From positions 25,428 to 89,427 of the forward strand of contig JBDGRE010000005.1 in assembly GCA_042218325.1 (NCBI GenBank): DNA of 64,000 nt, given 5' to 3'. Of this stretch, positions 20,308-30,491 are shown piece by piece. Positions within the stretch are counted from its first letter, which is position 1; each line of letters begins with the position of its first letter. The translations under genes were made by a program, and so were the position numbers. This DNA comes from Candidatus Nanohaloarchaea archaeon (GTDB lineage: Archaea > Nanohalarchaeota > Nanosalinia > Nanosalinales > Nanosalinaceae). Under the pieces are notes generated by a model. The model made no database searches. It was not told where the DNA came from and was given only the letters and a program-made list of their open reading frames with translations.

Positions 20308-21270
20308 TCATTGCCGTCCCGGCATCAAATCCAGGAGCCCCTCGAAGGATTTCTTAACCGTCTTGGGCTCGCCGTGCCGGAAATACTCCATTATACTGCC
20401 GGTAACAGCCTGTCGGACGAAGTAGTAAAGCCCGACGTAGGCGACTGCGCCGCCCGAGATCTGGGAGGCCACGAACAGCGACACCGCCAGCGACTTCGAA
20501 GAGGACACGAACCCGAGTGCGCGGGCCTGAGGCTCCATCGAACCCGCGTACCGTGACGCGTAGTAGGCAACGGTGAAACAGGCCGTTGTGAAGCCGGCCA
20601 TGAGGACTATAGCGAAGCCGGCCGCCTGCAACATCGCCGCCCCGCGCCAAGCATACACTAAGCGGAACTGGACGGCCATGACCATGACGAGCAGCCACAG
20701 CCCAACCTTGGAGAAATGGTGTTTCATGTCCTCCATCAAAACGTTCTCGAACCTCTGCGAGAACAGCCCGGCCGCGAGCGGGAGGAAGAGGAACGCCAGG
20801 TTCTTGACAGCCACTGCCCTGAAAGGTAATGAGGCAGGGAAACCGAGCAGCAGGACCGGTATGACCACGAAGCCGGCCAGTAGGGATGTGCCCGAAACTA
20901 TAAGCGCCAGGTCACCTTCTCCCTTCGAGAGATTTGAGAAAACGACGGGTGAGCCTATCGCGGCCGCCGAGACACCGATCGCTATGAACGCGTCACCGAG
21001 CGCCCCTCCGACAGCGGTGTAAACCAGGAATGCAAGCGCCGGGGCGAGCAGGTAGATAGCGGCGAGGCCGAGCAGGACTTCCCTGCGGTGCTGGCCGCAT
21101 CTTTTCAGTTTGTCGATATCAAGGTGAAGCCCCATCAGGAAGAAAAGTATGGATAAAAGGCCTGTGAAGAGGGCGTTGGACACCAGGTCTCCCGAGACGA
21201 AGTAGGCGAGGACTCCCGCGCCTATCACTATCGCCAGGAACTCCAGGTCGAGCCTGATGCCGTGCTTCAT
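20308..21270 (-). CDS. bile acid:sodium symporter (BASS) family transporter
   Basis: FFLMGL..LLAP..S.VFS.LSKG; about 9 TM. Confidence 0.8.
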   Translation of the reverse strand: MKHGIRLDLEFLAIVIGAGVLAYFVSGDLVSNALFTGLLSILFFLMGLHLDIDKLKRCGQHRREVLLGLAAIYLLAPALAFLVYTAVGGALGDAFIAIGVSAAAIGSPVVFSNLSKGEGDLALIVSGTSLLAGFVVIPVLLLGFPASLPFRAVAVKNLAFLFLPLAAGLFSQRFENVLMEDMKHHFSKVGLWLLVMVMAVQFRLVYAWRGAAMLQAAGFAIVLMAGFTTACFTVAYYASRYAGSMEPQARALGFVSSSKSLAVSLFVASQISGGAVAYVGLYYFVRQAVTGSIMEYFRHGEPKTVKKSFEGLLDLMPGRQ

Positions 21271-21312
21271 AGCTGGAATTGGTCGCGACCTGTTTATTAA
21301 GTTGCCAGTAGC

Positions 21313-21870
21313 TCAATCCACCGACCGCCAGAGGTACAGGGATGCGAGGCTCCGGTAGGGTCGCCAGTCCTCCGCCCGTGAAACCATCTCCTCCCTGTCC
21401 TCGATGCCGTAAAGCTGCTGCATCGCGTTTCCTATGCCCAGGTCCTCGACGGGGAACACTTCTTCACGGCCGAGCACGAATATCAGGAACATCTTCGCCG
21501 TCCAGTCACCGATTCCGTGTATCTCCGTCAGCTCCTCGACGACCCCTTTATCGCTCATGTCTGAGAACTTTTCCGTGTTCAGGTCGTCTTCGATGAAATG
21601 CCTGGCCGTGCTTTTCAGGTAGTCGACCTTCTGCCGGGAGAGACCGATATCGTTTAGCTCTTCCTCGTCTGCGTCGAGCAGCGCCTCTGGCTCGATGGTG
21701 AAGTTCTCGAAGAGTCTCTCGCGTATCGCGGCGGCGCTCTGCGTCGACAGCTGCTGGTTGACTATGGAGACCACGAGGCGTTCGAACGGTTCCCCGGAGG
21801 CCTCGAGCTCAAGCTCGCCGTATTGTTCGATGAGTCCCGAGAGCTCCCTGTCTTTTTCCAGCGGCTCCAT
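21313..21870 (-). CDS. alkA: DNA-3-methyladenine glycosylase (AlkA, HhH-GPD)
   Basis: SIVNQQLS, GIGDWTA, FPVEDLG, WRPYRS. Confidence 0.9.
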   Translation of the reverse strand: MEPLEKDRELSGLIEQYGELELEASGEPFERLVVSIVNQQLSTQSAAAIRERLFENFTIEPEALLDADEEELNDIGLSRQKVDYLKSTARHFIEDDLNTEKFSDMSDKGVVEELTEIHGIGDWTAKMFLIFVLGREEVFPVEDLGIGNAMQQLYGIEDREEMVSRAEDWRPYRSLASLYLWRSVD

Positions 21871-21872
21871 CT

Positions 21873-22712
21873 CTACTCCCGCAACTCCTTGATGCGCTCC
21901 AGGTTCTCCGCGTATCCGCAATCTTCGGTCACCGGCGTCTCGAGTATCATCGGTTTCTCCGCTAGTTGCGAGTTGACCACGTTACGGAAGCCTTCGTCGC
22001 CTATCTCTCCCCTGCCGATGTGCTGGTGGTTGTCTTTCTCGCTGCCTTTCGGGTCTTTCGAGTCGTTGAGGTGCACGACTTTTACCGTCTCGAGGCCGAG
22101 ATCTTCCTTGATTTCCTGGAGCATGTCCTCGAATCCCTCGCCCGAACACAGGTCGTAGCCCGCGGCGTGGGCGTGGCAGGTGTCGATGCAGACCCCTATT
22201 TTCTCGTCAGGGGTATCAGCGAGCTCTATCATCTGCCGCAGCTCACCGAAGCTCTTGCCGAGCGTCGTGCCTTTCCCTGCGGTGTTCTCCAGCAGCAGGG
22301 TCACGTTCCCGGGTATATCCAGCGTGTCGATGCCCTCCGCGATCCGCTCGATACCGTTCTCCCTGCCCGAGCCGGTGTGCGCACCGGGGTGGAAAACGAC
22401 GTACTCCACGCCGAGGGTTCCCGCCGCGTCAAGTTCGGCCTGGAGGCAGTCCAGCGACTTCTCGAACAGCTCGTCCTTCGGTGTCGCCAGGTTCACGAGG
22501 TAGGTGGAGTGGATGACGTAGGGCTCCTGGTCTTTCTCCTCTCTAAGTTCCTGGAAGCTCTCGCCATCTTCTTCACTGTATCCAGAGACAGACCAGGTCC
22601 TGGGGCTGCCCGCGAATATCTGGCCGCAGTTCCCTCCTATCTCCTCCTGTCTCTCCACTGCTTTTTCTACTCCGCCTGAGATGGATACATGGGCTCCTAT
22701 CCTGAAAGTCAT
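21873..22712 (-). CDS. nfo: endonuclease IV
   Basis: IGAHVS, FHPG, LLENTAG, DTCH, HLNDSK, D.HQHIG.G.IG, ILETP. Confidence 0.96.
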   Translation of the reverse strand: MTFRIGAHVSISGGVEKAVERQEEIGGNCGQIFAGSPRTWSVSGYSEEDGESFQELREEKDQEPYVIHSTYLVNLATPKDELFEKSLDCLQAELDAAGTLGVEYVVFHPGAHTGSGRENGIERIAEGIDTLDIPGNVTLLLENTAGKGTTLGKSFGELRQMIELADTPDEKIGVCIDTCHAHAAGYDLCSGEGFEDMLQEIKEDLGLETVKVVHLNDSKDPKGSEKDNHQHIGRGEIGDEGFRNVVNSQLAEKPMILETPVTEDCGYAENLERIKELRE

Positions 22713-22800
22713 GATACCAGATTATCCGGTACCACTAAATTAGTTTTCACCACCCCTGCGCCGAAGAATTTATATTGTTAAGATAAAGTAGTAAACAACT

Positions 22801-23367
22801 ATGGAGCGGCTATCACCGAGCTCAGCAGCGACCTACGTGGATGACGTCGAGAGCTTTCTGGATGACAGGTACGTCGAGGTCGATTCTTACCGGTTCGTTG
22901 CCGAACACAGGTTCACGATGTTGAAGGGCGAAGCAGAGAGCGCGGAAGACGCACTAAGAGAGCTGGAGGCCGAGTACGATGAGCGCCGATTCATGGATGC
23001 ATCGGATGCGGACTGGTGGGCCGAGATATCCATCGAGGCCTCGATAGATCTTGATTATTCGGCGGTCCTTTTACATCCCGAGACACGTGAACTGGAGGCA
23101 AAAGCAGTCTGCCGGGAGAACCAGGCTGAGGCTGAAAGATGGATGACCAACATGAACACCGCACTCGACGAGAGAGGTTTTAGCGTCAGGCAGGAGCGAG
23201 ACACCAGCCAGGTCGAGCCCCCGGGGCAGGATACCGGTAGAGCCCCGGAGGCGCCTGTCGAAGAGGATAAAACAGGTGCCAGGGTAACCGCTGAACCGGA
23301 AGAACCGAGAGAGGAACCACGGACGCCTCTATCTGCGGACCCCAGATACAAGTACAGGACAGACTAG
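22801..23367 (+). CDS. hypothetical acidic protein
   Basis: TTTATA box about 27 bp upstream. Confidence 0.6.
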   Translation: MERLSPSSAATYVDDVESFLDDRYVEVDSYRFVAEHRFTMLKGEAESAEDALRELEAEYDERRFMDASDADWWAEISIEASIDLDYSAVLLHPETRELEAKAVCRENQAEAERWMTNMNTALDERGFSVRQERDTSQVEPPGQDTGRAPEAPVEEDKTGARVTAEPEEPREEPRTPLSADPRYKYRTD

Positions 23368-23376
23368 TTGTGGGTT

Positions 23377-24108
23377 ATGAGGGTCGTTTCTCTTGCACCT
23401 TCCAACACCGAGATACTTTTCGCGATAGGCGCAGGAGACCAGGTAGTAGCCACGACCTCCCTGTGCGACCACCCGGAGAAAGCCCGGGAGCTACCAGGCG
23501 TCGGTGGCTGGAGCCAGGGTCTCGACGTCGAGAAAGTGGTGGAGATGTCGCCGGACGTGGCTTTCGCTTCCGATGAGCTGCAGGACGAGATCGTGGATGA
23601 GCTGTCCGGCAGAGGTATCGATGTGGTCCAGGTAAGGCCTCACACCCTTGAAGAGGTTTACGGCTCTATAGAGACCATCGGCAGGACCGTGGGCAGGGAA
23701 CAGGAGGCCCGAGAGCTCGTCAAGGGTATGAAGGCAGGGCTGAGAGAGCTTTCAGCTGAGGGCGCGAGGGTCTACTGTGAGGAGTGGATGAGGCCCCCGA
23801 TGGCGTCCGGTAACTGGGTTCCCGACCTTGTGGAGACTATCGAAGGAGAGTACTTCCTCTCCAGCGGTGAGAGGAGCAGGGAGTTCGAGCTGGAGGAGCT
23901 CGCACGGTTCGACCCGGAGTACATTTTCCTGAACGTGTGCGGCGCCGGGGACAAGGTAAACTGTGCTGAGCTGCTGGGGAGGGAGGACTGGCAGGAGATA
24001 GAGGCTGTGAGGCGCGGAGAGGCATACATCATCGATGACGCGCTGCTGAACAGGCCCAGCCCGAGACTTGTGGAGGGAGCGGCCGAGATCTCCAGAAGGG
24101 TGAAATAA
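23377..24108 (+). CDS. cobalamin/Fe-siderophore-binding protein (BtuF-like, no signal peptide)
   Basis: RVVSLAPSNTEILFAIG, RPSPRL. Confidence 0.85.
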   Translation: MRVVSLAPSNTEILFAIGAGDQVVATTSLCDHPEKARELPGVGGWSQGLDVEKVVEMSPDVAFASDELQDEIVDELSGRGIDVVQVRPHTLEEVYGSIETIGRTVGREQEARELVKGMKAGLRELSAEGARVYCEEWMRPPMASGNWVPDLVETIEGEYFLSSGERSREFELEELARFDPEYIFLNVCGAGDKVNCAELLGREDWQEIEAVRRGEAYIIDDALLNRPSPRLVEGAAEISRRVK

Positions 24109-24109
24109 T

Positions 24110-24457
24110 TCACGCGCCGGGTATACCGACTGCTTCAAGGCTGACTACGCTCGCGAGCGACAGCAGGTACAGCACGACCAGCGTCATAATCCATGCAAGC
24201 AGTCCCATTAGTGCGGCGTCGAGCCAGCCTCCCTCGTGCCTGTGGTTTATGACCGCGATCCAGGCCACGAGCGCGAGGAACGAACCGATGAAAGGCACGT
24301 ACGAGAACACGGCCCAGGCTATCGACCCGAGAAGGGCGGTCAGGACTGAGCGGCGGTAGCTTCCGTTGCCGCTGACCACCATCGTGCCGGTGTATATGCC
24401 GAGCCCGCCGACCGCGAGGCCGGCGATGAACAGCACTGCCGTATCTGCGAATGTCAT
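24110..24457 (-). CDS. small membrane protein
   Basis: About 4 TM. Confidence 0.7.
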   Translation of the reverse strand: MTFADTAVLFIAGLAVGGLGIYTGTMVVSGNGSYRRSVLTALLGSIAWAVFSYVPFIGSFLALVAWIAVINHRHEGGWLDAALMGLLAWIMTLVVLYLLSLASVVSLEAVGIPGA

Positions 24458-24514
24458 GTCTCTCCAGTACTGGCGGCACGTATTAATAGGGCATGTTGGG
24501 CTGCTGCACAGGAT

Positions 24515-25075
24515 TTAGGTGTCGTGGTCCTGGTAAGGCTCGCCGTATTTGTCGCTGAGAAGGTTGACCGCGGCCTTCGCGCCGTCGCCTATCGCGAACG
24601 AGGTTTGGTACACCCAGTAATTTATGAGTCCCGCGGCGTAAAGACCCTCGAGCACGCAGTTGTCCCCGTCAGTGACTACATGCTGGTCCATCCAGTAAGG
24701 TCCCTCCTTTCCTTCCTCGAAATCGACTTCCTCGATATCGATGTAGTCCGTCATACCGGCGCTCGCCAGCACTACGTATTCTGCCTGGTAACTGTTCTCT
24801 CCGGTCTCGACCCTGAAGGTATCGCCGTCTTTCTCCAGCGATTCGACCTCTTCTTCCCTGTGCTCGCCGTCGAAATCGGAGAGCTTTTCCCGGGCCTTCT
24901 TCAGCAGTTCCTGTCCGCCGATGGAGTCGTGGCCGACAAGGTTCTGGATATTTGATGTGCTGTAGACCAGCGACTCGTCCGTGTCGAGCACGAGTGTTTC
25001 CTCTCCGGCTTTGGCGGTGAAGACCGCGGCCTGAAGGCCGGCGACGCCCCCGCCTATAACTATCACGTCTTTCAT
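24515..25075 (-). CDS. FAD-dependent oxidoreductase (short thioredoxin-reductase-like)
   Basis: DVIVIGGGVAGL, GLYAAG, AIGDGAKAA. Confidence 0.85.
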   Translation of the reverse strand: MKDVIVIGGGVAGLQAAVFTAKAGEETLVLDTDESLVYSTSNIQNLVGHDSIGGQELLKKAREKLSDFDGEHREEEVESLEKDGDTFRVETGENSYQAEYVVLASAGMTDYIDIEEVDFEEGKEGPYWMDQHVVTDGDNCVLEGLYAAGLINYWVYQTSFAIGDGAKAAVNLLSDKYGEPYQDHDT

Positions 25076-25098
25076 ATCCTGGTCTTCGAAAGATAGAG

Positions 25099-25734
25099 TT
25101 AAGAAATCTCAGGAAAACTTCTTAGCTCCTTTTCCAGATCTTCCTGAGTGTCGAAGTATCTCACGGGCCAGTAACAGGAGATACCGCCGAAGCCCTCCAG
25201 CCGTGTATCAAGGTCCACAAGGACATACTCGGTATCGGGGAAATCATTGTCCCTTATGGCGTGCCTCCCATCAGTATCTTTCAGCAGCCTCACCCCTTCC
25301 TGGTCGCCGGCGAACCGGGATACCGCCAGGCTGTTCTCCCCCGTCTCGATGTATAGAACTTCGAGCTCCAGGTCTCCGTTCCCTTCCATTATCTCCTCTA
25401 CCGACGCAGAACCGGTGCTCTCAACGGCGTTTCCCTTCTGGTTATCCGGGTTCTCCTGGCCTCGCGGCCACGTGAACCTGGTTTCCTCTTCCCCGGTACT
25501 ATCTTCCCTCTCCTGGCTTCTATCCGGGATATCAGTTGCGTTGCCCGAGGCTATCTCTGCGAGTTGCTCTCTGTATCCATCTCTTATCTCGGAGCCGTTC
25601 CAGGTCGTTCTGCTGGAGTAACCCCAGCGGAATTCTTCGTCGTAGTCGGCACCGACCACCTCTGCTATGCCGGGCATGAGAGACCCGACCTGCTTGGTGC
25701 TTGTATCGATACCTCTCTCCTCCAGGTAGGCCAC
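25099..25734 (-). CDS. hypothetical acidic protein
   Basis: ORF composition; TTAAG box upstream. Confidence 0.55.
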   Translation of the reverse strand: MAYLEERGIDTSTKQVGSLMPGIAEVVGADYDEEFRWGYSSRTTWNGSEIRDGYREQLAEIASGNATDIPDRSQEREDSTGEEETRFTWPRGQENPDNQKGNAVESTGSASVEEIMEGNGDLELEVLYIETGENSLAVSRFAGDQEGVRLLKDTDGRHAIRDNDFPDTEYVLVDLDTRLEGFGGISCYWPVRYFDTQEDLEKELRSFPEIS

Positions 25735-25778
25735 TATATGCCGGGACTTGGGATAGGGATTTCCCCCCCCTTAAGAAA

Positions 25779-26690
25779 TTAGGAGGCGATACCCGCAACC
25801 AGCCGCTGCTTCTCTTCCATGCTTTCCAGTTCTGTTTCCAGTCTGATGCTGTTCTCTCGGCCGATCCTTAACCGGGAAACCTCGCCAGCGTTCTCCATCT
25901 CCGACAGCATCTTGCTGATCTTTCCAGCGCTCCAGTCGAGCTTTTCGCCGAGTTCTTTCTGCTTCATCACGCCGTCGTTTCTCTCCAGCAGCTTCTCTAC
26001 GATCTGGATTCCTGTGTTCCCCGGGTCAAGAAGATGTAGTTGCGGCTCCCCGTATCTATCGGCCTCGACTGCCTCCGGCACTTCCAGAGTTTCACCTGGC
26101 CCATCCGGAAGTTCACCTATCTCCTGCTTCAGCAGTCTCGCGGCGTACTCTGCTCCGGCAAGTTCATGCTGCAAATCTTCCTGAAACGGTTCATCCTCCT
26201 CTTCAAGGAGCCTCCATTTAAAGTGGCGGCCGTCTTTAACCCTCTCTATAAGTCCTTCATCCTCGAATCTCTGGCCCAGGATGCTGGCGTAGCCATCTGT
26301 TATATCTAGGATTTCTCGAACGTCGCTCTGCTCTATCATGCCTTCACGTGATACCAGGTGCGCTGCATGCTCCACCGCCACCAACTCCTCACGGAGCTCT
26401 GAGTCGCGCCGGGCAACAAGTATATCCGAGGCTTCCGGGGTAAGGTGGTACGTGGTCGCCCGTGTCTGGCCGGTTTTTTCCAGGATACCCCTGTCTACAA
26501 GTTCACTTCTCTTATGGGAAACAGTTCCAGGAGTGAAACCGGTTTTTCCCGCTGTCTGTTCCGGAGAAATCGCCTTAACCGCGTCCCTGAGAACGGTCAC
26601 AAGTCTCTCCTGTTCCAGTTCCTCCAGGGTCTCGTGTGCAGATTCCGATATCTCGGCATAATCACTGTTGTTGTTGTCCTCTACGGCCAC
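25779..26690 (-). CDS. protein with three winged-HTH modules
   Basis: TPGTVSHKRSELVDRG; ITDGYASIL..EDEGLIER; KQKELGEKLDWSAGKISKMLSEME..G.V.R.RIGREN. Confidence 0.7.
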   Translation of the reverse strand: MAVEDNNNSDYAEISESAHETLEELEQERLVTVLRDAVKAISPEQTAGKTGFTPGTVSHKRSELVDRGILEKTGQTRATTYHLTPEASDILVARRDSELREELVAVEHAAHLVSREGMIEQSDVREILDITDGYASILGQRFEDEGLIERVKDGRHFKWRLLEEEDEPFQEDLQHELAGAEYAARLLKQEIGELPDGPGETLEVPEAVEADRYGEPQLHLLDPGNTGIQIVEKLLERNDGVMKQKELGEKLDWSAGKISKMLSEMENAGEVSRLRIGRENSIRLETELESMEEKQRLVAGIAS

Positions 26691-26798
26691 GGATTTTTTT
26701 TATCCAAGAAGAGTAATAAACTTGCCGCAACCACCTTCGCTGACCCGTTTAAAAGCCTCTAAGAGGCTTAAAAAAGATAAAAAGTGTCTATGGTTTTC

Positions 26799-27404
26799 CT
26801 ATCCCTCGAAGGTGGAGACGACTTCTTCGAACCGCTCCCCGACACTGCTCCAGTCAACCACGTCGAAGAAGCTGTCGATGAAGTCGCCACGGTCCGGGCC
26901 GTAGTCGTGGTAGTAGCTGTGCTCCCAGACGTCGACCGCGAGCACTGGATGCGCACCCCACACCGCGCCCCGGTCATGCTTGTCGACCGTGACGTTGTGT
27001 AGCTCTCCGGTCCTCGGGATGTAGACCAGTAAAGCCCAGCCACCGGCGCTTTTCGCGGCAGCCACGAACTCCTGCTTCCAGTCCTCGTACGAGCCGAAGT
27101 CCTCCTCTATCTTTTCCAGGAGTTCATCTTCCGGCCTACCGCCGCCGTTCGGCGACATCGATTTCCAGAAGACGTCGTGCAGGACGGTGCCGCAGAAGTT
27201 GTGCGTGAAGTTGCCGAGGATGTTTCCGGTCGAGGAAAAGTCGCCGCTTTCTCGCTGCTTCTCCAGTTTTTCCTCGGCGGAGTTCCAGCCGTCCACGTAG
27301 CCCTGGTGGTGGACATCGTGATGCCACTTCATCACCTGTTCGGATATAGCGGGTTCGAGAGCGTCGTAGTCGTACGGGAGCTTCATGAGGCCCTGTCCAG
27401 ACAT
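26799..27404 (-). CDS. sod: Fe/Mn superoxide dismutase
   Basis: LPYDYDALEP, HHDVHHQGY, DVWEHSYY. Confidence 0.97.
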   Translation of the reverse strand: MSGQGLMKLPYDYDALEPAISEQVMKWHHDVHHQGYVDGWNSAEEKLEKQRESGDFSSTGNILGNFTHNFCGTVLHDVFWKSMSPNGGGRPEDELLEKIEEDFGSYEDWKQEFVAAAKSAGGWALLVYIPRTGELHNVTVDKHDRGAVWGAHPVLAVDVWEHSYYHDYGPDRGDFIDSFFDVVDWSSVGERFEEVVSTFEG

Positions 27405-27507
27405 AGTATAATCACCGGTATATGATTGCCGGCGCGGGGTTAAATCAGTTTTGCCTGTGATGCAAGAAAGGAAAGAAAAATGAAAGGAAGGAAATGTGAC
27501 CGGCGTT

Positions 27508-28131
27508 TTACCCGGTCGTGGAGCTGCTCGAGTCCTGTGAACCGGTCGCGTTGCTCGGCTGCTGCTCAAGCTGCTGGATGAGCTGGTCGATGGGCTGGAC
27601 CATCGAGCGACCGAACGGGCCACGGGTCCTGATAAGCAGCTCACCATCGGGCGAAACGTAGAACTGCTGCGAGGTAGTCTGGTTGCCCTGCATACTCGTG
27701 ACGTTCACGAGGAACATCCCGTTGGAACGAGTGACCTCTACGGACTCGGGCGTGGAGCCGGCAGCGCTGAAAAGATCGTTCATAGACTGCCTGACGTCCG
27801 CGGTACTTGCCTGAGCACCGCTGCCGCCGACAGGCCCGAAGGCGCCAGCTGCAAGACCCACCACGAGGCCTACCACGAGGCCGCCGACAAGGGCAGTGCT
27901 CGGCGCAAGTGAGCTGAGGAACATCTCTTCCCTGGCCTCTTCCTTTCCGGCCTCGCGTTCCTGCTCCTCAAGCCTGTTCTCGAGCCAGGTGCGGAGCGTC
28001 TTCCTGTTCTCTCCCTGCGTCTCGGCCTCGAGAAGCGCCTCGTAGTCCGGATTTTCCATATCCCTGATACTATCCTTCGCGTCATCCACCGTCTGGTCAA
28101 CGATGTCTGAATAATCAGTATCTTCCGTCAT
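27508..28131 (-). CDS. membrane-anchored hypothetical protein
   Basis: Acidic N-terminal domain (E..GENRKTL), one TM, YVSPDG. Confidence 0.65.
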   Translation of the reverse strand: MTEDTDYSDIVDQTVDDAKDSIRDMENPDYEALLEAETQGENRKTLRTWLENRLEEQEREAGKEEAREEMFLSSLAPSTALVGGLVVGLVVGLAAGAFGPVGGSGAQASTADVRQSMNDLFSAAGSTPESVEVTRSNGMFLVNVTSMQGNQTTSQQFYVSPDGELLIRTRGPFGRSMVQPIDQLIQQLEQQPSNATGSQDSSSSTTG

Positions 28132-28317
28132 ATAACGCAGGATTATCAAAGAACCTTTTAAAGAATTTGCCGGACTGAACCTCTCAACGTGGAAAACTGT
28201 GGCAGGTATCAGCCTGCCGGCGTATTCAGTTCGCGCCGGTTTCCTCTAACGCCTGCGAGTATATATCCCCGGTGTCAGCCGGATGGAATAAGTGTTCGTG
28301 AAAAGATACAGTGACTT

Positions 28318-28578
28318 TCATGTCAGGCTCTCCACGCCATCGTAGTCCCAGATGCGGACATCATAGTGTACCTCGCCATCCTGTTTCTCGAACTCCGATA
28401 CTTCGATTTTCTCGGGCACCATCCCCTCACTTAACAGGAGAGCCATGAGTTCCTCGTCCTCCAAGTCATCATAGTTCTCACCGAGATACCTGACCTCTCT
28501 CAGGTTGCCTGCCATGATGCCGTCCTGGAGCTGTTCGACACCTACAGGGTACGAATCCAGAAAAATCCAGGCAGTCAT
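28318..28578 (-). CDS. hypothetical protein
   Basis: Start overlaps the stop of the upstream ORF (ATGA). Confidence 0.5.
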   Translation of the reverse strand: MTAWIFLDSYPVGVEQLQDGIMAGNLREVRYLGENYDDLEDEELMALLLSEGMVPEKIEVSEFEKQDGEVHYDVRIWDYDGVESLT

Positions 28579-28814
28579 CTATGTCCCCCATGTTGTCGAA
28601 TCTGCTGTTCCAGCCGTCCAAAAGGGTTGAAATCCTCGGTGGCGAACTCAACATCTCCCTCCGAGTCCAGCAGCATCTCCTCTATATCCAGTTCCTGGCC
28701 GGAGCCGTGGAAGACCGGTTCCGACAGCCACACCTTCTTGAGATTGCGGACAAGGTTCTCAAGGCTGTCCCTCCACGAGGCCGATCTACCCCGGTTTGCA
28801 GCGTTCTTTTTCAT
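28575..28814 (-). CDS. hypothetical protein
   Basis: TTAAA box upstream; coupled to the next ORF. Confidence 0.5.
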   Translation of the reverse strand: MKKNAANRGRSASWRDSLENLVRNLKKVWLSEPVFHGSGQELDIEEMLLDSEGDVEFATEDFNPFGRLEQQIRQHGGHR

Positions 28815-28880
28815 TGTTTGTTATCAAAACATCACAACTTTAAGTTTAACGAGGGTTCCTGCTCAGGCCGGAGAAAATGA

Positions 28881-29093
28881 TGGGGTGGGAGGGATTTGAA
28901 CCCGCAACCTTCCGCTGTCTCCGAAACTTTCGCCCGAAGTTTCATCACGCGGGGAGCATTCAGCTTGCCTGAATGCATATCAGGATTAATCATCGGGCCT
29001 CTCGGCCCTCATCCCTCCAAAGCGGGCACGCATCCTAGCGGGACGCAACCAGTCGCTGGAGGCGGACGCTCTCCCAAGTTGAGCTACCACCCC
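28881..29093 (-). tRNA. tRNA-Trp(CCA) with 139-nt intron (28917-29055)
   Basis: Acceptor GGGGTGG/CCACCCC, anticodon arm TCCGC-CTCCAG|A-GCGGA, GGTTCAAATCC; BHB central helix CTCC/GGAG. Confidence 0.93.
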
Positions 29094-29139
29094 TTACAGC
29101 CTCAAAACCTGTGCGAGACTTTAAATGAGTAAGCGCTCG

Positions 29140-29424
29140 CTACAGCATCGACAGTCTTGCCGCGGTGTAGGCCGCGAACAGGACAACCATCAGCAGCGAT
29201 GTGACCGATATCAGGTCGAGAAACCGTGTCCAGTCGTCGTCAAGCTCCTCGCCGAGCCCTGCCGCTACGAAGGCTATAGATGCGAGTACTGCCTGGCCCA
29301 GCAGCGTTCCCGAGAACGCGGGCGAGACCGCGAGAGATATACCGGCCATGAACGTTAGGCCGTAGAACAGCGGTTTCGAGACATCCATCAGTCTCTGCTG
29401 GCTAAGCCTGAGTTCCATATCCAT
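29140..29424 (-). CDS. small membrane protein
   Basis: 3 TM; TTTAAAAA box upstream. Confidence 0.55.
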   Translation of the reverse strand: MDMELRLSQQRLMDVSKPLFYGLTFMAGISLAVSPAFSGTLLGQAVLASIAFVAAGLGEELDDDWTRFLDLISVTSLLMVVLFAAYTAARLSML

Positions 29425-29506
29425 GACTGTGAATTGCGGCTGCCGGTTTTTAAACGGTCCGGTGGGAACCGCCCGGTTTGTAACTCTTGGCAGCGCTATA
29501 GTGTGT

Positions 29507-30466
29507 GTGATAAGGGAGAAAGACGGCATCCATATCGACGCCCGGCAGAAGGTGGTCGCAGACAGCCGGAAGGCCACGGGCGACGTGAACTTCGTGAGCC
29601 ACGCACATTTCGACCACCTGCACCAGGGCGGTAACAGGGTCCTCTGCTCACCGGAAACCGCTGAGCTTGTCGAGGCCCGGACAGGAGACGAAGTGGAGAG
29701 CAGTCATTCTCACAGGGATATCGAGCTCCTGCCCTCCGGCCACATCCTAGGTTCCCGGGCCGCCTTGATCAGGGGAGAGAAAGATGTCCTGTACACAGGG
29801 GATGTCTCGCTGCGCGACCGCTTTTACCTCGACGGTTTCGAGCCGGTAGAGGCCGACGTACTCGTGGTCGAGTCGACCTACGGCATACCGGCCTACAGCT
29901 TCCCCCTGCAGGAAGAGGTGGAAAGAAGTTTCACGGAGTGGCTAGAAAGTGTGGATAGGCCGGTGTTGCTGTTCGGCTACTCTCTCGGCAAGGCACAGAA
30001 GATACAGAAACTGGTCGAGAAGGCCACAGAAAGGCCTTTGCTGGCGCATGGAGCGGTCAAGAACATGAACGACGCTGTCGAGGAGGCATCCGGTATAGGT
30101 TTCGAAGCGGAGCCGTACAGCGGGAACCGGGAGAAGCTCGAAGACGGTGTACTCGTCGCGCCTTCCCGGCTGTCGAACAGCGACTGGGCGGATGAACTCG
30201 TGAAGGAGTTCGACGCCGTGAAAGCCGGTTTCTCGGGATGGGCCGTGCAGGATTCTTTCCGGTACCGCGGAGATTACGACCGGACGTTCCCGCTGAGCGA
30301 CCACTGCGGCTTCGAGGACCTCGTGAAACTGGTGGAGGAAGTTGATCCGGACAAGGTCTACACTCACCACGGGTTCGACGAGGCGTTCGCGTCCTACCTG
30401 AGCCGGGAGAAAGGCATAAGCGCGCAGCCATTGAAGAGGAACCAGTCGACGCTCGCTGACTTTTAA
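29507..30466 (+). CDS. MBL-fold/beta-CASP nuclease
   Basis: SHAHFDH, GHILGS, YTGD, ESTYG, LGKAQ, LSDH. Confidence 0.88.
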   Translation: MIREKDGIHIDARQKVVADSRKATGDVNFVSHAHFDHLHQGGNRVLCSPETAELVEARTGDEVESSHSHRDIELLPSGHILGSRAALIRGEKDVLYTGDVSLRDRFYLDGFEPVEADVLVVESTYGIPAYSFPLQEEVERSFTEWLESVDRPVLLFGYSLGKAQKIQKLVEKATERPLLAHGAVKNMNDAVEEASGIGFEAEPYSGNREKLEDGVLVAPSRLSNSDWADELVKEFDAVKAGFSGWAVQDSFRYRGDYDRTFPLSDHCGFEDLVKLVEEVDPDKVYTHHGFDEAFASYLSREKGISAQPLKRNQSTLADF

Positions 30467-30491
30467 GACCCTGCAGCCGCAACCTACAGCT

